A stretch of DNA of 64,000 nucleotides from Paraspadella gotoi (Eukaryota; Animalia; Chaetognatha), in contig CM119266.1 in the NCBI GenBank assembly GCA_051294375.1, positions 22,546,680-22,610,679 of the forward strand. The letters run 5' to 3'. This document shows positions 9,448-21,218 of this stretch, one piece after another. How positions within the stretch are numbered: position 1 is the stretch's first letter; each line of letters starts with the position of its first letter. A program made the position numbers and the translations under genes. The notes under the pieces were generated by a model that was not told the origin of the DNA, searched no databases, and worked only from the letters and a program-made list of their open reading frames with translations.

Positions 9448-12265
9448 GTGAAGGGGGACGGCATATGGCTCTAGAGAGGCTTATCTTTCTGGTTGAAATA
9501 GACCATTTGTCGTTGCGAGAATCTGGGTTTTACGGTAGAAGTATTTATTGAGTGCTATGGAAGTGTGTGATGGAAATATGCACAGGAAGAGTGTGTTTTG
9601 TAATCTGCAAAGAAATCTTGATAATTTGATTTCCAGATTCCCGGTTTTCATCCTCGTCATCATCCTCGAGCAACGGTACTTTTTTCAACTTCAACGCAGC
9701 CTCTACCAACTTCTCCGGCGCCGACCCGTCCGCCGACTACACCACCGGCGCCACTGCCGACGCCTCCACTCTCACGCGACCCACCCAGAGATTCCCTCGC
9801 TTCGAATCCGTCCCCAATCTTCGTCCGCTGCTCTGGGATCGACAGGGGAACGCAGTGGTGCTTCGAAGCGCTCGTCAAGAGTGTCTCTCGGCGGATGAAA
9901 CCAACGACTTTCTGGGTTTAGGGATCAAGACCATCGTGGACCTGAGATCGTGCCAGTGAATGGAGGATAATAATGATGATAATAATAATAACAATCGTAA
10001 TAAAAATAATAATAATACATTTTGATTGCTAAATANNNNNNNNNNNNNNNNNNNNNACAATCGTAATAAAAATAATAATAATAATACATTTTTATTGCTA
10101 AATACTAATTCTCTCCCCCACCCCCAGCGAGTACGCCCTGGCCCACGGCGATCGACGCCTCGATCGCGTCTTCGTCGTTCACGACGTCGACTTCCCCAAC
10201 GACGGATCCAAATTCGAGTCGCGGACGATGAAGACGACGCAAGTCTCCATCAACTATCACGACGACGATCCCGTTCTCGCGGTGAGGTTGACGGGAGGTG
10301 AGGTTGTTGAGATGCGAGGTGAGGTCATAAGGAGGTTAAGAAATCATCAAAAAGGATGAGGGAAGGTTGCAGAGTTGGGCGGTCAGATCCAAAGTCCACT
10401 CGAATTCCGTTCAAAATCCCTTTCCCAAGTCGATTCCCCCGCAATTTCGCGCCAATCGGAGGCGACTCTTGGTTCCCGTCTGCAACAAACACTACATCAT
10501 CCAAGTGGCCAAATCCATCGGCAAACCGCACCTCATTTTCGGAAAGGGTGAGAAACTAGTGGCAGAAAGCGAATGATTATTTTGTGGTGGTATATTCACA
10601 CTGCCTCACATCCACCATTGTTCAGCCAAATCCATTGGCTCAGAGGGGGAACACACCATCCCAGGCGTAGTGTTCCATCCACAGTCCGAACGACTTCCCT
10701 CTGCGTTGGTAAAGCGAGACCGTCCTACGGTAACCGCGCCAGTGACTGGAGGCGTCAATGAGGGTCTGAAGCCCCCAAAGACAACAGTGAGATGCCCCAT
10801 CCCAATGGGCATCACAGGCAACCCGGCTTTTGTCATAATTTGACCTTATTTTGGCCGAACGCCCCATTTTGTCTTAAATCGTCTTAAATTTTTTTTTAGT
10901 TAAAGATGAAGTTAAAGGTTAGGGTAAGCGATTAGGTTAGGGATTAGGTTAGTGATTAGGGTTAGGGATTTTGGTTAGGGACTAGTGTTAAGGGTTACAT
11001 TGTATAAGTTAAGGTTAAAAATTGGGGATAAGGGTTCAGCATTTTATGATTAGGGTTAAATTCTGCATTAACTAAAATAAAATTCCGGGACAAACGTACA
11101 AAAATGGGGCACTCTCGGAAAAGAGAGCCGATTAATTACCCCATCGTCGATCTTTGTAGCCAGCGTTATCTCCATTTCAATCTCCCCCCGCCACAGCCAT
11201 GGCGGACTTCCTCACTTTCTTCAAGTTCCGCCTCCTAACCCGGATGTTCGTCAACCACTTCAACGCCGCCGGCCAATGGTGCCTCTTCGTTTCCTACTTG
11301 GAGTTCGGCTCCGGCGGCCTCGTCGCCGCACTCAAGATCATCGCCGAGAGAGAGAACTTACCCGTCTTGTTCAACCTGTCAAGTGGGGCAAAGACAAGAC
11401 GGGTGAGGCGAACCTGGCTTCGGGGGGGGGGGAGGGAGGGATAGACGGAAGCGAAGGAACGGATCTGAAGAGGGATAGGTATTTCGGTGACCAAAAAAAA
11501 TCATTCGGTTCCGGCCGAACGGGGAAATACGATCGATCAAAATGTCGACAGGCGGGGGGGGGAAGAAGGAATCGAGATCGAACGAAAACTCGGTTGACGG
11601 CAGATCGATTCGAATGAAGTTGAAAAGCCAACTGGCATTCGACCGAGGGATCGATTCGTTTTTAATCGATCTTAGAGTCGGAATGATTTGGGGATTCGTC
11701 GAATCAATTAATCGATTCGATCAAACGGTCTTTAGATAAATAAATCAATCAAGGACAAATTGATCGTTCAATAGTTAGTTAATCGTTCAATTATTCTCTA
11801 AGAATATAATAAATTACGCAAATCCAATCAAATCCAAGTCAGTCAGTCATCGGTCAAATCAATTCAATCCGATCCACACCAAGGCATGTTGGCGGCGTTG
11901 TTGTTATCCGTCGTCGGCGTCCCGCGCGAGGAAATCATCGTCGACTTCGTTCGATCGGAAGAAGGAATTCGCGGAGTGAGAGACGAGATACGAGACTACG
12001 CGGTAAAGCTCGATTCGCGAGGGTAAGGGTTTAGGGTAAGTTACTTCGCTCAACGCCCCAACTTCCCCCCCCCAACTTCTAGCACTCCCATGGCCTCTTC
12101 TGGAACGAGGAGTTCTTCCACGCCTTCCCCGACGACGTCGCTCGAGCGCTGGAGCATTTGGACGAAAAGTACGGAGGAGTCGCCAACTACTTGGCGGAGA
12201 AGGGGTTCGGGTTGGAGGAGCAGAGGAGGTTGAAGGAGAACCTTTTGGCCGGGTTGGTGGAATGA
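8928..12265 (+). CDS. Spliced gene: tyrosine/serine (possibly phosphoinositide) phosphatase of the IphP/MptpB-like Y_phosphatase3 family with a Ser/Ala-rich N-terminal extension
   Basis: Exons 8928-9447, 9637-9955, 10128-10281, ~10430-10547, 11197-11402, 11884-12002, 12083-12265 with GT-AG junctions in matching phases. Motifs FESVPNLR, VLRSAR, LGIKTIVDLRS, NLPVLFN[C]KWGKDKTGMLAALLLSVVGVPREEIIVDF, LDEKYGGVANYL. A 2-nt frameshift lies at ~11376-11380. Confidence 0.88.
9637..9955 (+). CDS. Phosphatase exon 2
   Basis: Encodes ...FPRFESVPNLRPLLWDRQGNAVVLRSARQECLSADETNDFLGLGIKTIVDLRSC; donor ca|gtgaat. Confidence 0.88.
10128..10281 (+). CDS. Phosphatase exon 3
   Basis: Acceptor ccccag|c completes DLRSC-H-EY; encodes EYALAHGDRRLDRVFVVHDVDF...DDDPVLA; donor gcg|gtgagg. 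Confidence 0.8.
10430..10547 (+). CDS. Phosphatase exon 4 (acceptor uncertain)
   Basis: Frame reads ...VPVCNKHYIIQVAKSIGKPHLIFGK then g|gtgaga (phase 1, matches cag|cc at 11197); phase-0 acceptor candidates at 10430 or 10373. Confidence 0.5.
10824..11130. mobile_element. Intronic MITE-like element with imperfect terminal inverted repeats and internal telomere-like (GG)TTAGG(G) repeats
   Basis: Left end cggct...ccga.cgccccattttgt (10824-10872) versus right end acaaaaatggggcactctcgga...agccg (to 11130); ttaggg/ttaggt repeats at ~10917-11058. Confidence 0.55.
11197..11402 (+). CDS. Phosphatase exon 5 (catalytic P-loop, frameshifted)
   Basis: MADFLTFFKFRLLTRMFVNHFNAAGQW...LVAALKIIAERENLPVLFN, then in a shifted frame KWGKDKT; donor acg g|gtgagg. 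Confidence 0.85.
11884..12002 (+). CDS. Phosphatase exon 6
   Basis: ccaag|gc completes G; MLAALLLSVVGVPREEIIVDFVRSEEGIRGVRDEIRDYA; donor gcg|gtaaag. Confidence 0.88.
12083..12265 (+). CDS. Phosphatase terminal exon
   Basis: ttctag| HSHGLFWNEEFFHAFPDDVARALEHLDEKYGGVANYLAEKGFGLEEQRRLKENLLAGLVE-stop, typical family C-terminus. Confidence 0.9.
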   Translation, partial: HSHGLFWNEEFFHAFPDDVARALEHLDEKYGGVANYLAEKGFGLEEQRRLKENLLAGLVE

Positions 12266-15200
12266 AGAGAGGAGCAGAGAGGAGCCGAGAGGAGCAAGAG
12301 CGGCGGAGCTCAGGAGTTGTGACGTGATTATTATGTTTGAAACAAAAAATGTAAAAAAGGCAAAGTTAAAAAAAAAAGGAAAAAACATTTTGAAAAGAAA
12401 AATTTGGAACGATTTCATCTTAACTTTTCAGTCTCACGGGCTTCCTTCTTTTCTGTCCTTCTCTCTTATGCACACGGGAGGCAGTGAAACATAGTAACTA
12501 ATACAGAGAGCAAAGAAGAAATGACAAGAGAGATGAGAGAGACGAGGAAACGAGAGGAGATGAGAAGAGAAGAGAGAGAGGAGGCAGAGAGGAACGACGA
12601 GAGTAGAAGAGAGAGAAGTATGGAATATAAATGAGCCGGGAAAAAACGCGCGAGGACGGAAGAGCGAACGGGTTAGAAACTCTCGCCATAAAATTCCGCG
12701 GTTTTATATCTCGAGAAGAGAAAAAAACGGAAACGCAAAGCGAAGCGGAATAATTTTTTCGGTCGACGTTGAAATAATATTAAACCTGTGAGCAGAGATG
12801 AGAGAGAGCAGAGAGAGTCCAGAGAGAGAGAGAGAGACTGAGACAGAGAGACGATGAGAGAGAGAGGATGGAGCGGATAGAGAGAATATATTTAATTTAG
12901 TTGTCTGCGCGAGACGTAGTTCGAAAAGAATAAAGGAAGTAATTACAACGGAGATAATCTATATCAGAAGTGGATTACAAATTATTAAAAATTTGGTATT
13001 AAAAGCCAAATTTTATTACATCACGCTTATAAAATGTTTTTTTTTCATAACGAAAAGAAAATTTTTCTTACCTGTCGTCTTGACACGACGCCGTGTGATG
13101 TCTTGATGTGAGAGAGACGATCGAAAGAGAGAGAGAGAGAGAGATGAGAGAGATGATGATGAGAGAGAGAGAAAAGAGAGCGAGAGAGAGATCTGAGAGA
13201 TCGAGAAGAGAGCAGGAGATNNNNNNNNNNNNNNNNNNNNNNNNNCACACTCTCTCTCTTCTCTTCTCTCAGTCTCGTCCCTCTCTCTCTTTTTCTCTGC
13301 AGACGCTGTCGCGCACCACGATGGTGAGTCGTTAGCAACGTAAACTTAAGAAAAAACCTGAGACAAAAGAATAAACATTCTTTTAAGTCGCGATGATGCA
13401 TGACCAATTAGCTGGTCGCAGGCCGTTTTCCTACTACGAACAGGCGTTTGCATCTTTGGAGAACGAGAGAGAAAAGTTGAGAGAGAGAGAGAGAATCTCT
13501 CTCTTTTGAGTGACGGGATGCGTGAAAGAAAAATGAGGAGGGGAAATAAGAAGAAAAGTTGATGATTATTGCGTCCGTCGATGGAAGGTAAGAAAAAAAA
13601 AGGAAAAAAAGGAAAAAAGGAAAGAAAAAAAAAGAGAAGATGATGAATCTTTCGCATGTTAGATGTCACTTCGTTTCGCGGTTTATCTTCGATTTAACGT
13701 TTTTTTTTATATTTCAAAAATAAAAACGAAATAAACTTTCAAGTTTAGCATAAAAAGGGAAAAAAAGTTTAAGGAGGAACTCCAGTTAAATGTTATTTTC
13801 TCTATTGACTGCGGATTGAAAATTAGGATTTTCAGTATCTCGCTTCGGGTCAAAAGCTGCCGCGTTCCTTAGCGAAGACGTGAGGACGAGTCTAGACAAT
13901 ACAATTTCGTTCGCCTACACTTGTTCCATTTCAGAAAAAAAAAACCCGAATTAACTGACCCCTCGGGATAAAAGTGTCTCCCTTTCTTTCCTTTCCCCCT
14001 CCGACCCCAGAAATAGCCTCGAACCCCCCCACTCGTCCCGACCTGAATACATTGACCCTTACTTCGGCCCATAACCGGTTTTACGCTAAGCAGCGCCCCT
14101 GCCTGTTTCAAGGGGCGCCTCACCAGCAGCCGCCAGCGTCGCCAGCATGGCCAGCGCCGCGTTCACAAGTCTCACTTCTTATTAGGGTCGCGAGATCGAG
14201 ACCCCAGGGAGATGAGTGGGCGAAGGATAAGAAGCACAGTGAACTATGGGATGAACGAGAGTGACCGGCCCGAGTTAATTAGGTGTGGAAAATCGTGGAA
14301 TATAATGTATATAGAATAAAAAACATAAAGAATCGGACGCCTGAAATCATGGTTACAACCGGTTGATCATCGGTTTCTTTTTCTTCATCACTAAAAATTT
14401 GTTTCAATTATGAATGAGGGATCAACGAGAAAGCGGCGAATCCCGGTCGGCCTCGTTTCGAACCGAGGCGCTAATTACTCTTTCTCATTTCCATTTCCAA
14501 ATTTCTCATTCTATATTTGCATCTTCCTCGGGGCTTCGTAACTCCATCCACTTTCATCCAACTCGCCCGCTGCTTTAAACCCACCCCCTTTTCCGCTTCG
14601 TCGGCGTCGCCAAGCCGCGCCAGCCGCGGCGTTACAGCGCCGATTCGAACAGAGTCGCCGTCGTCGGTGGCGGCGACGTCTTTTGTTCGAATTCAGCGGC
14701 GCCAAAAATCGAGAGTCGAATCGAGGAATCGAGGCGTCGGAGCGAGAAATCGAGGGGAATAGGAGGATGGGGTGAGCGGGAGAAGGGCGGGTGAGGCTAC
14801 TTCGAGGTTAGGCGAGGTTAGGGGGAGATAGAGTAACAACGAACGGTTGAAATCGAAGCTCGCGGCTTTACTTTCATTTCGAAGGCGACAGGGGGCGCGA
14901 GAGCGAACCGAGGGGGCGTGACCGAGTCGGTGCCAGAACGGACCGTGAAGTGAAAAAAAAGGGGGCAAAGGGCGAAAGAGGAGAAGGGGGCGGAGTTCGT
15001 AGGGGAGCTGAGCGAGGCTCTCTCGGGGTCGGGGCAAGGATCGAGGCCGCTAATTTCGCTGAGGTTAAAAGGTGGCGTCGAAGTTAAATCGGGACAGAGA
15101 ACCAAACTTTTTTTTTGTGAGCGGGAAAGAAAAGAGAGAGAGATTTGTGTTGGGGTAGGGAGGGAAGAGGGTTAAGATAATTGTATGTAAATGTATAAAA

Positions 15201-16522
15201 TTTAAGCCGGGGATATACTCCCTCCGACAAAACTTGTTCAGATCAATGATAAATTTATAATACTTATTATTTACATTGATTTATAAATATAACATTTAAT
15301 AGTTATTAAATATAATCGAACATAATAGAACAAGTAATTTTTTCAATAATGTAAAAATCGAGTCCCACATCTCGCCCATGTCATATCAAACGACGCGAAA
15401 ACTTGCGCGGGCCGTTCGCGTCTCTCTCGCGAACCAGATCGCGGCGTGTCAAAGGGGCGTGGCTCGAAATTAAAGCGGGCGCGGTCAAAGGAGAGACGAG
15501 GGCGTGACCGAACAGAAGAGAGAGAGATAGAGAGAAAAAAAGGGTTTAGACTTTGGGGGTTTTGGGAGGAAGAAGACGGTCAGCGATTCCCTCGCGGGAT
15601 GGAAGGAGGAACGAAAGGAAAGGGAGGAAGAAAAAGAAGTGGCATAAGATAAGATATGAGATGGAGAAAACAAGGGATTAAAAAGGAAAGGAAGAACGAA
15701 AGAAAGTTGAAGAAATCCCGCCGAACAGAATGAGTATTAAGTCCGGCTTAATTTCGTCTAATTTAATTTCTTGCTTTTTTTTAGGGGCGTCTTTTGTCGT
15801 AATTGATTTTGGTTATCGATACGTTAATAGCGCAAAGATAAACCGCTGAAACGTTCGTTCATTAATCACACCGTAATAAAAAAAAAAATTCAAGCGCATA
15901 TATAATCCGTCAAAAGTGAAGGAGCGTCGTTTTTAAGGCTCCGGACTACGAAAGTAGCTCATCAGCAACGAGTAGAAGAGACGAGAGAACACAGGTAATA
16001 TAAAACAACTTTTTTTTTGTTCAAGTATAGGAAAATCGACATCCACGTCCAAAAAAAAAAAAAAAAATGCGGAATTCCGACTGATAATTAAATTTAATTG
16101 ATGGTAACAGACAAGAAAAAAAAATTGATAAGAAAAAAGGAAAACAATAGGAAAATTTAAAAAGAAAACGAAGCAAAAGAAAAAAAAAGAAAAAAAAAAG
16201 TATTTCGATCCCTGAATCACGTTTTTCTTCTTTTTTTTCGCCTCCGACAGGGAAAACCACATTTTAAAGAAAGAATTTCTCCCAAAATTTGATCAGTGGC
16301 CTTTTTTTTTCGTCGTCCGTCGTCGTCTTCGTTCTCGTCTTCGTTTGCCGTTCGTTGTTGCTGTTGTCGGACGCGAGAGAGACGACACCCGCGTCACGCG
16401 CGACGTCGTCGGTTACGTGTCGCCGTCGCCGCTGTCGCCGTCGCCGCGTTGTCCCGTCGTCGTCGTCGGTCTCGTTCGTTCGTCGCCGAGGTCACACTTG
16501 TTATTTAAAAAAAAACTTCGCC

Positions 16523-16669
16523 ATGCCCCAGCTAAGATATTTTCTCGCGTCGTTTTCAACTTACGGGGTCGGCGACTTTCGAACCGTGACCCGAACGGTT
16601 ACATTGCGGGACGTCATAGAAACGCCGGCATACGCGGACGCCGTGTCTACGCCGGCCGACGTCTCATTC
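16523..16669 (+). CDS. Candidate first coding exon of an unknown protein
   Basis: ttcgccATG context; MPQLRYFLASFSTYGVGDFRTVTRTVTLRDVIETPAYADAVSTPADVSF followed by gtgcgt donor; protein-like continuation with indels at ~16950-17250. Confidence 0.4.
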
Positions 16670-17349
16670 GTGCGTAATATAGGGGCTGCCGCGTCTGTTG
16701 CTTATTTAGAAAATACTTCTTTATAGATTTAGAGCTCGGTTTTGAAAATCACAGAACCTTCCATTGGAGAAACATCACCCGAACCCCTCTATTCTTATTT
16801 ACCAATGATTCTATTTTTTTTTTTTGAATACCATCTAAATTACTAAACTACATATGAAATACTCTACTCTTTAAAAAACAATGTTCGTCTTCGGTTGTTA
16901 ACGACCCTTTAAACGAGCACTCGACCGTCATTTACTCGTTATTTATAAGAGATGAATCCTCCGGTCTGGCATCTTTATTCGCCCCGCGAATCGTGAGCGC
17001 CAGTCGAACGCGAGGCAGAAAAATAATAGGTGGGTCACCCAATCGATTTCACGTCCCGTGAATTTAATGGAGTTCGAGGGTGGCGACCGGGGATGGTGGC
17101 TGGATAGGTCGTTGAGGGTTGGAGTGGGTCGGAAAGGGGTGGATAAAGGACCGTTTGGGTGGCTGAGGTGACGAGAAAGAATATCGAGCGGAAGGCCTTG
17201 GCACTCATCGATGCAGTAGATTGCCACCCGAGCCTAATGGCGGATGACGAGAGAGAGAGAGAGACTGAAGAGCAGAGAGAGAGGAGCAGGGAGAGAGAGA
17301 GAGAGGGAGAAGAAAGGAGAACGTCGAGTAGAGAAGAGAGAGGATGAGA

Positions 17350-17499
17350 GAGAGATAAGAGGCGTATGTCGATGGCGGGCGCTCTCGATCCTCATGGCGG
17401 AGTTGGGAATTGGACGGATTCATCGAGAGCGAATGATATGAGGAAGGAGAGGGAAGAAGAAGAGAGCGAGAGAGATGATGAGGAGAGAGAAGAATGAGA

Positions 17500-17535
<36 letters not shown>

Positions 17536-18709
17536 AGCGACAATTTAAAGGCAGGAGGGAAAATATATCCTTCCACAAACGGTGAATGTTAAAAAGAAAC
17601 TTGTGCTGCTGTAATCTTTATACTCCGTCGCCGGATTGAACTCTTTCATTTTTCCCCCTGTCCTTTTCAGTGAACCAGACAGCTCTGCTTTTCAGGCCAT
17701 TCAGTCAGCCAGTCTTCCATTCAGCCAACGCATCGTGAGAAAAAAAAAAGAGAGAAACAAAAAAGAGAAAAAAAAATTCCCATCGCGACTGAATCGAGCG
17801 AAGGAGATTTTCATTCCGATAAAAACATTTTAATCGAAGACTCAAATGGGGGAGAGCGGGAGGGGGAGAGGGGGAAGAGGGGGTTGAATATGGGGTGGTA
17901 AGAGGTGGAAAGCGGTGGGGTAAGGGGCTGTGTTTATGGAAGGTGGAAAGAGGGAAAAGGGGTCACGATTGGAGGCGTTTAGTCGGGAATGGGAACGAGA
18001 GAGAACGAATATCTCAAAGAAAATGAGCCAGAGAGTTGAAGCCAGAGGGGCTATTTAAAGTTTGGGCTATTAAGGTTGCAAACTACGAAAAATTAAAGTC
18101 GTGATGGGTTAAACCTTTTGTTTAAAATTTTAAGTCTTACAAGTTTTACATATAATTTGCAAAAAACGTTTTACAAAAGAAAAAAATTCAAAACTGTTTC
18201 ACCTATAAGTCCTAAGGTTTTTCTTATTCGTGTTCCTCCCCATGTTACTGCGCCAATGTTTGTTTGCGTCTCGCGTTTTCTTGGCGACCGCTCGACGCGC
18301 CCTCTTGTCTCCGTGGCGTCTTTCGTCGTTGTCGGCGTCGTCGTCGTCGTGATGGTCGTCGTCGTCGACGCCCTACGAAAACGCGACACGAGAAAGTCTT
18401 TGGTTCGTCCTTGGTCCGAATAGAAAAGTCGGGAGAGAAGAGAAGAAGCGAAGATAGGGATTAGAATAGAAAAGAAATGATAGTGGGAATAAAGGAGAGA
18501 GAGANNNNNNNNNNNNNNNNNNNNNNNNNNNNNNNNNNNNNNNNNNNNNNNNNNNNNNNNNNNNNNNNNNNNNNNNNNNNNNNNNNNNNNNNNNNNNNNN
18601 NNNNNNNNNNNNNNNNNNNNNNNNNNNNNNNNNNNNNNNNNNNNNNNNNNNNNNNNNNNNNNNNNNNNNNNNNNNNNNNNNNNNNNNNNNNNNNNNNNNN
18701 NNNNNNNNN

Positions 18710-18740
<31 letters not shown>

Positions 18741-20814
18741 CGACGACATGATTCGTTTTAAAACGTCATTCGACTCTTTTTAACCTCTTCGGCGTCGCGC
18801 GTGAAACCTCCCTTTTCTTTTTTTCTCTCTCGACTTCGCTCCTTTCCTCCTAACCTCTCTTTTCTTTTTTTCTCTTTCGACTTCGCTCCTTTCCTCTTTC
18901 CTCCGCGCGCCTGACTTTTTAGAGGAGTAGTAAGGAGGAGGAAGCGTGAAGACGGATGGCGGGAGTATTAAAATCCCGAAGTTTATATATCACCCTAACT
19001 AAAATGATATAAGGTGGATCGTGTTGTTATAATTACGATCTATTTTCTTTTTCAAATCCCTTTTTAGATTTTCAACATTGACACTCCCCGGCAAAACGGT
19101 CTATCGTCGAGAAGTGAGACTCTCCTTTTAAGACTCTCCTCAATATGTTTTCACTCTTCTCACTTCATCCCGTTTTTGTCACTTCAACTTAGTTCCTCTG
19201 TCTCACTTCAATCGGCCCCCCTCCTCATCCTCTCTCCTCCCTGCTCGTCTCCCCCGCCTCCAAAACATCCGCCATTCTCTCGGGATTTCCGAGAAAAGGT
19301 TTGGGCCAGGGGCCACGGGATCACTTGAGAGAACGAAGATTCCGAAATTGCGANNNNNNNNNNNNNNNNNNNNNNNNNNNNNNNNNNNNNNNNNNNNNNN
19401 NNNNNNNNNNNNNNNNNNNNNNNNNNNNNNNNNNNNNNNNNNNNNNNNNNNNNNNNNNNNNNNNNNNNNNNNNNNNNNNNNNNNNNNNNNNNNNNNNNNN
19501 NNNNNNNNNNNNNNNNNNNNNNNNNNNNNNNNNNNGAGAGAGAGAGAGAGAACGAGAAGGAAACATCAAAATAAGCAGACTGAAATGTTGAAAATCTTAG
19601 CTTTCGTCATTTTATATTTCGAACGACAACCTCATAAACTTAACGTGCCGAAACTTAACTTAACTTGTCGAAACAACATAATTTTTTTTCCGAGTTAATA
19701 TTCTAGTCATTATTTCGAAACGCAGACCACTTTAGCAAGGTTTATTTTGCCTAAATCATCTCATTACTGGCTATAAACATTATGAGGTGAGTACTGTATT
19801 TATGACAGTCGTTTCTGCATTGATCTCGATATATTGGTTCGCTCAAGTCATTGTCGTCTGGCTCATCCATCTCTTTTACCACCCGCCCCCCTTCGCACAA
19901 CCATCTCACCAGAAAGAAGTCCAGACGAAGAATCATTACGCCCCCCTCAACCTCCCTCACACCCGAACCGGTCCCGAGCCCCCCTTGCGATCCCTCGGAC
20001 GGCGATTGTCCACATTGTCTGGAGATGATGTCCACATATTCTGGGAGTCGGCGGCGTCCCTGACCCCGGGCGAATAGACGAGAAGAGCGAGGGATTTCAT
20101 TTGCATGCGACGGAGGTGGGTGAGAAGCGGGGTGGGGNNNNNNNNNNNNNNNNNNNNNNNNNNNNNNNNNNNNNNNNNNNNNNNNNNNNNNNNNNNNNNN
20201 NNNNNNNNNNNNNNNNNNNNNNNNNNNNNNNNNNNNNNNNNNNNNNNNNNNNNNNNNNNNNNNNNNNNNNNNNNNNNNNNNNNNNNNNNNNNNNNNNNNN
20301 NNNNNNNNNNNNNNNNNNNNNNNNNNNNNNNNNNNNNNNNNNNNNNNNNNNNNNNNNNNNNNNNNNNNNNNNNNNNNNNNNNNNNNNNNNNNNNNNNTGA
20401 AAATAAGGCAACGAGTAAGAAATAGTATATATTGTACTCACATTAATTATTTAGCCTTGCTATATTCAATTTGAAAGTAGACTGAATGACTCGTAACTTG
20501 AGAAATAGCATATAAGATCTGAGAGAGGAGTACATAAATAACATGAGGAAATGAGAGGTGCCGTTCGGATTAATAAAATCTCAGTCGATCGTCTAAGGAT
20601 TTGAATTCGATCAGCGTTTACGACCCTAGATTGGAAGATGGCGTCTCGATTGAGAGGCGTCGGTTACGAGGGCGGTGACGACGACTTCGATAAAGACGAC
20701 GATGACCAAAATTATAAAGAAACAACCAAGGAAAAATTATAAATATTTGGACAGAAAAGATTTAAATTATCGACTTTACTCAGATGTCTCTGAAATTACG
20801 AAAGTAGGGGCCCT
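17350..20814 (+). repeat. Duplicated segment A, copy 1
   Basis: Colinear with ~21050-24531 (e.g. gaataagcgacaatttaaaggcag at 17531 and 21231); differences are mostly 1-nt indels; 25-N gap at 20815-20839. Confidence 0.92.
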
Positions 20815-21049
20815 NNNNNNNNNNNNNNNNNNNNNNNNNTTACTTCTCTCTCTCCCTTTCCACGAGTTTTCTTATCATTTTTCCACGGCTGCAACCTGAA
20901 GCCAGAGAGGGTTCAAGAACTTTGGGGAAAATAAAAGGATGAAACTTGGGAGGTCACCACGACCAAAACGAGAGGATGAAGAGAGAGAAGAGAGAGAGAG
21001 AGAGATGAGAGAGGAGAGAGAGAGAGAGGAGAGAGAGAAGAGGAGAGAG

Positions 21050-21166
21050 GAGAGAGATAAGCGCGGGCTGATGGTCGAGAGGCGGCGCTGTACACGAGAT
21101 CGTACGATTGGGGGTGGGCGAATGGACGTATTCATCGAGACGGAAATGACATGAGGAAGGGAGAGG

Positions 21167-21218
<52 letters not shown>

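Noticed and set aside
9548-9898. Track ORF of 116 aa, and similar ORFs at 10026-10301, 11276-11617 and 12050-12418
   Set aside because: Alternative-frame or antisense shadows of phosphatase exons; only the KWGKDKTG part of 11276-11617 is used.
9991-10104. Direct repeat of about 45 bp on both sides of N10036-10056
   Set aside because: Unmerged contig overlap across a scaffold gap rather than a biological repeat.
10917-11058. TTAGGG-like repeats as a chromosome end or fusion scar
   Set aside because: Short, degenerate and enclosed by inverted repeats inside an intron; better explained as part of a MITE.
15925-15972. Minus-strand CUGAUGA followed by stem gcuac-uuuc-guagu, resembling a hammerhead core
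   Set aside because: The required GAAA after stem II is absent and stems I/III are not evident.
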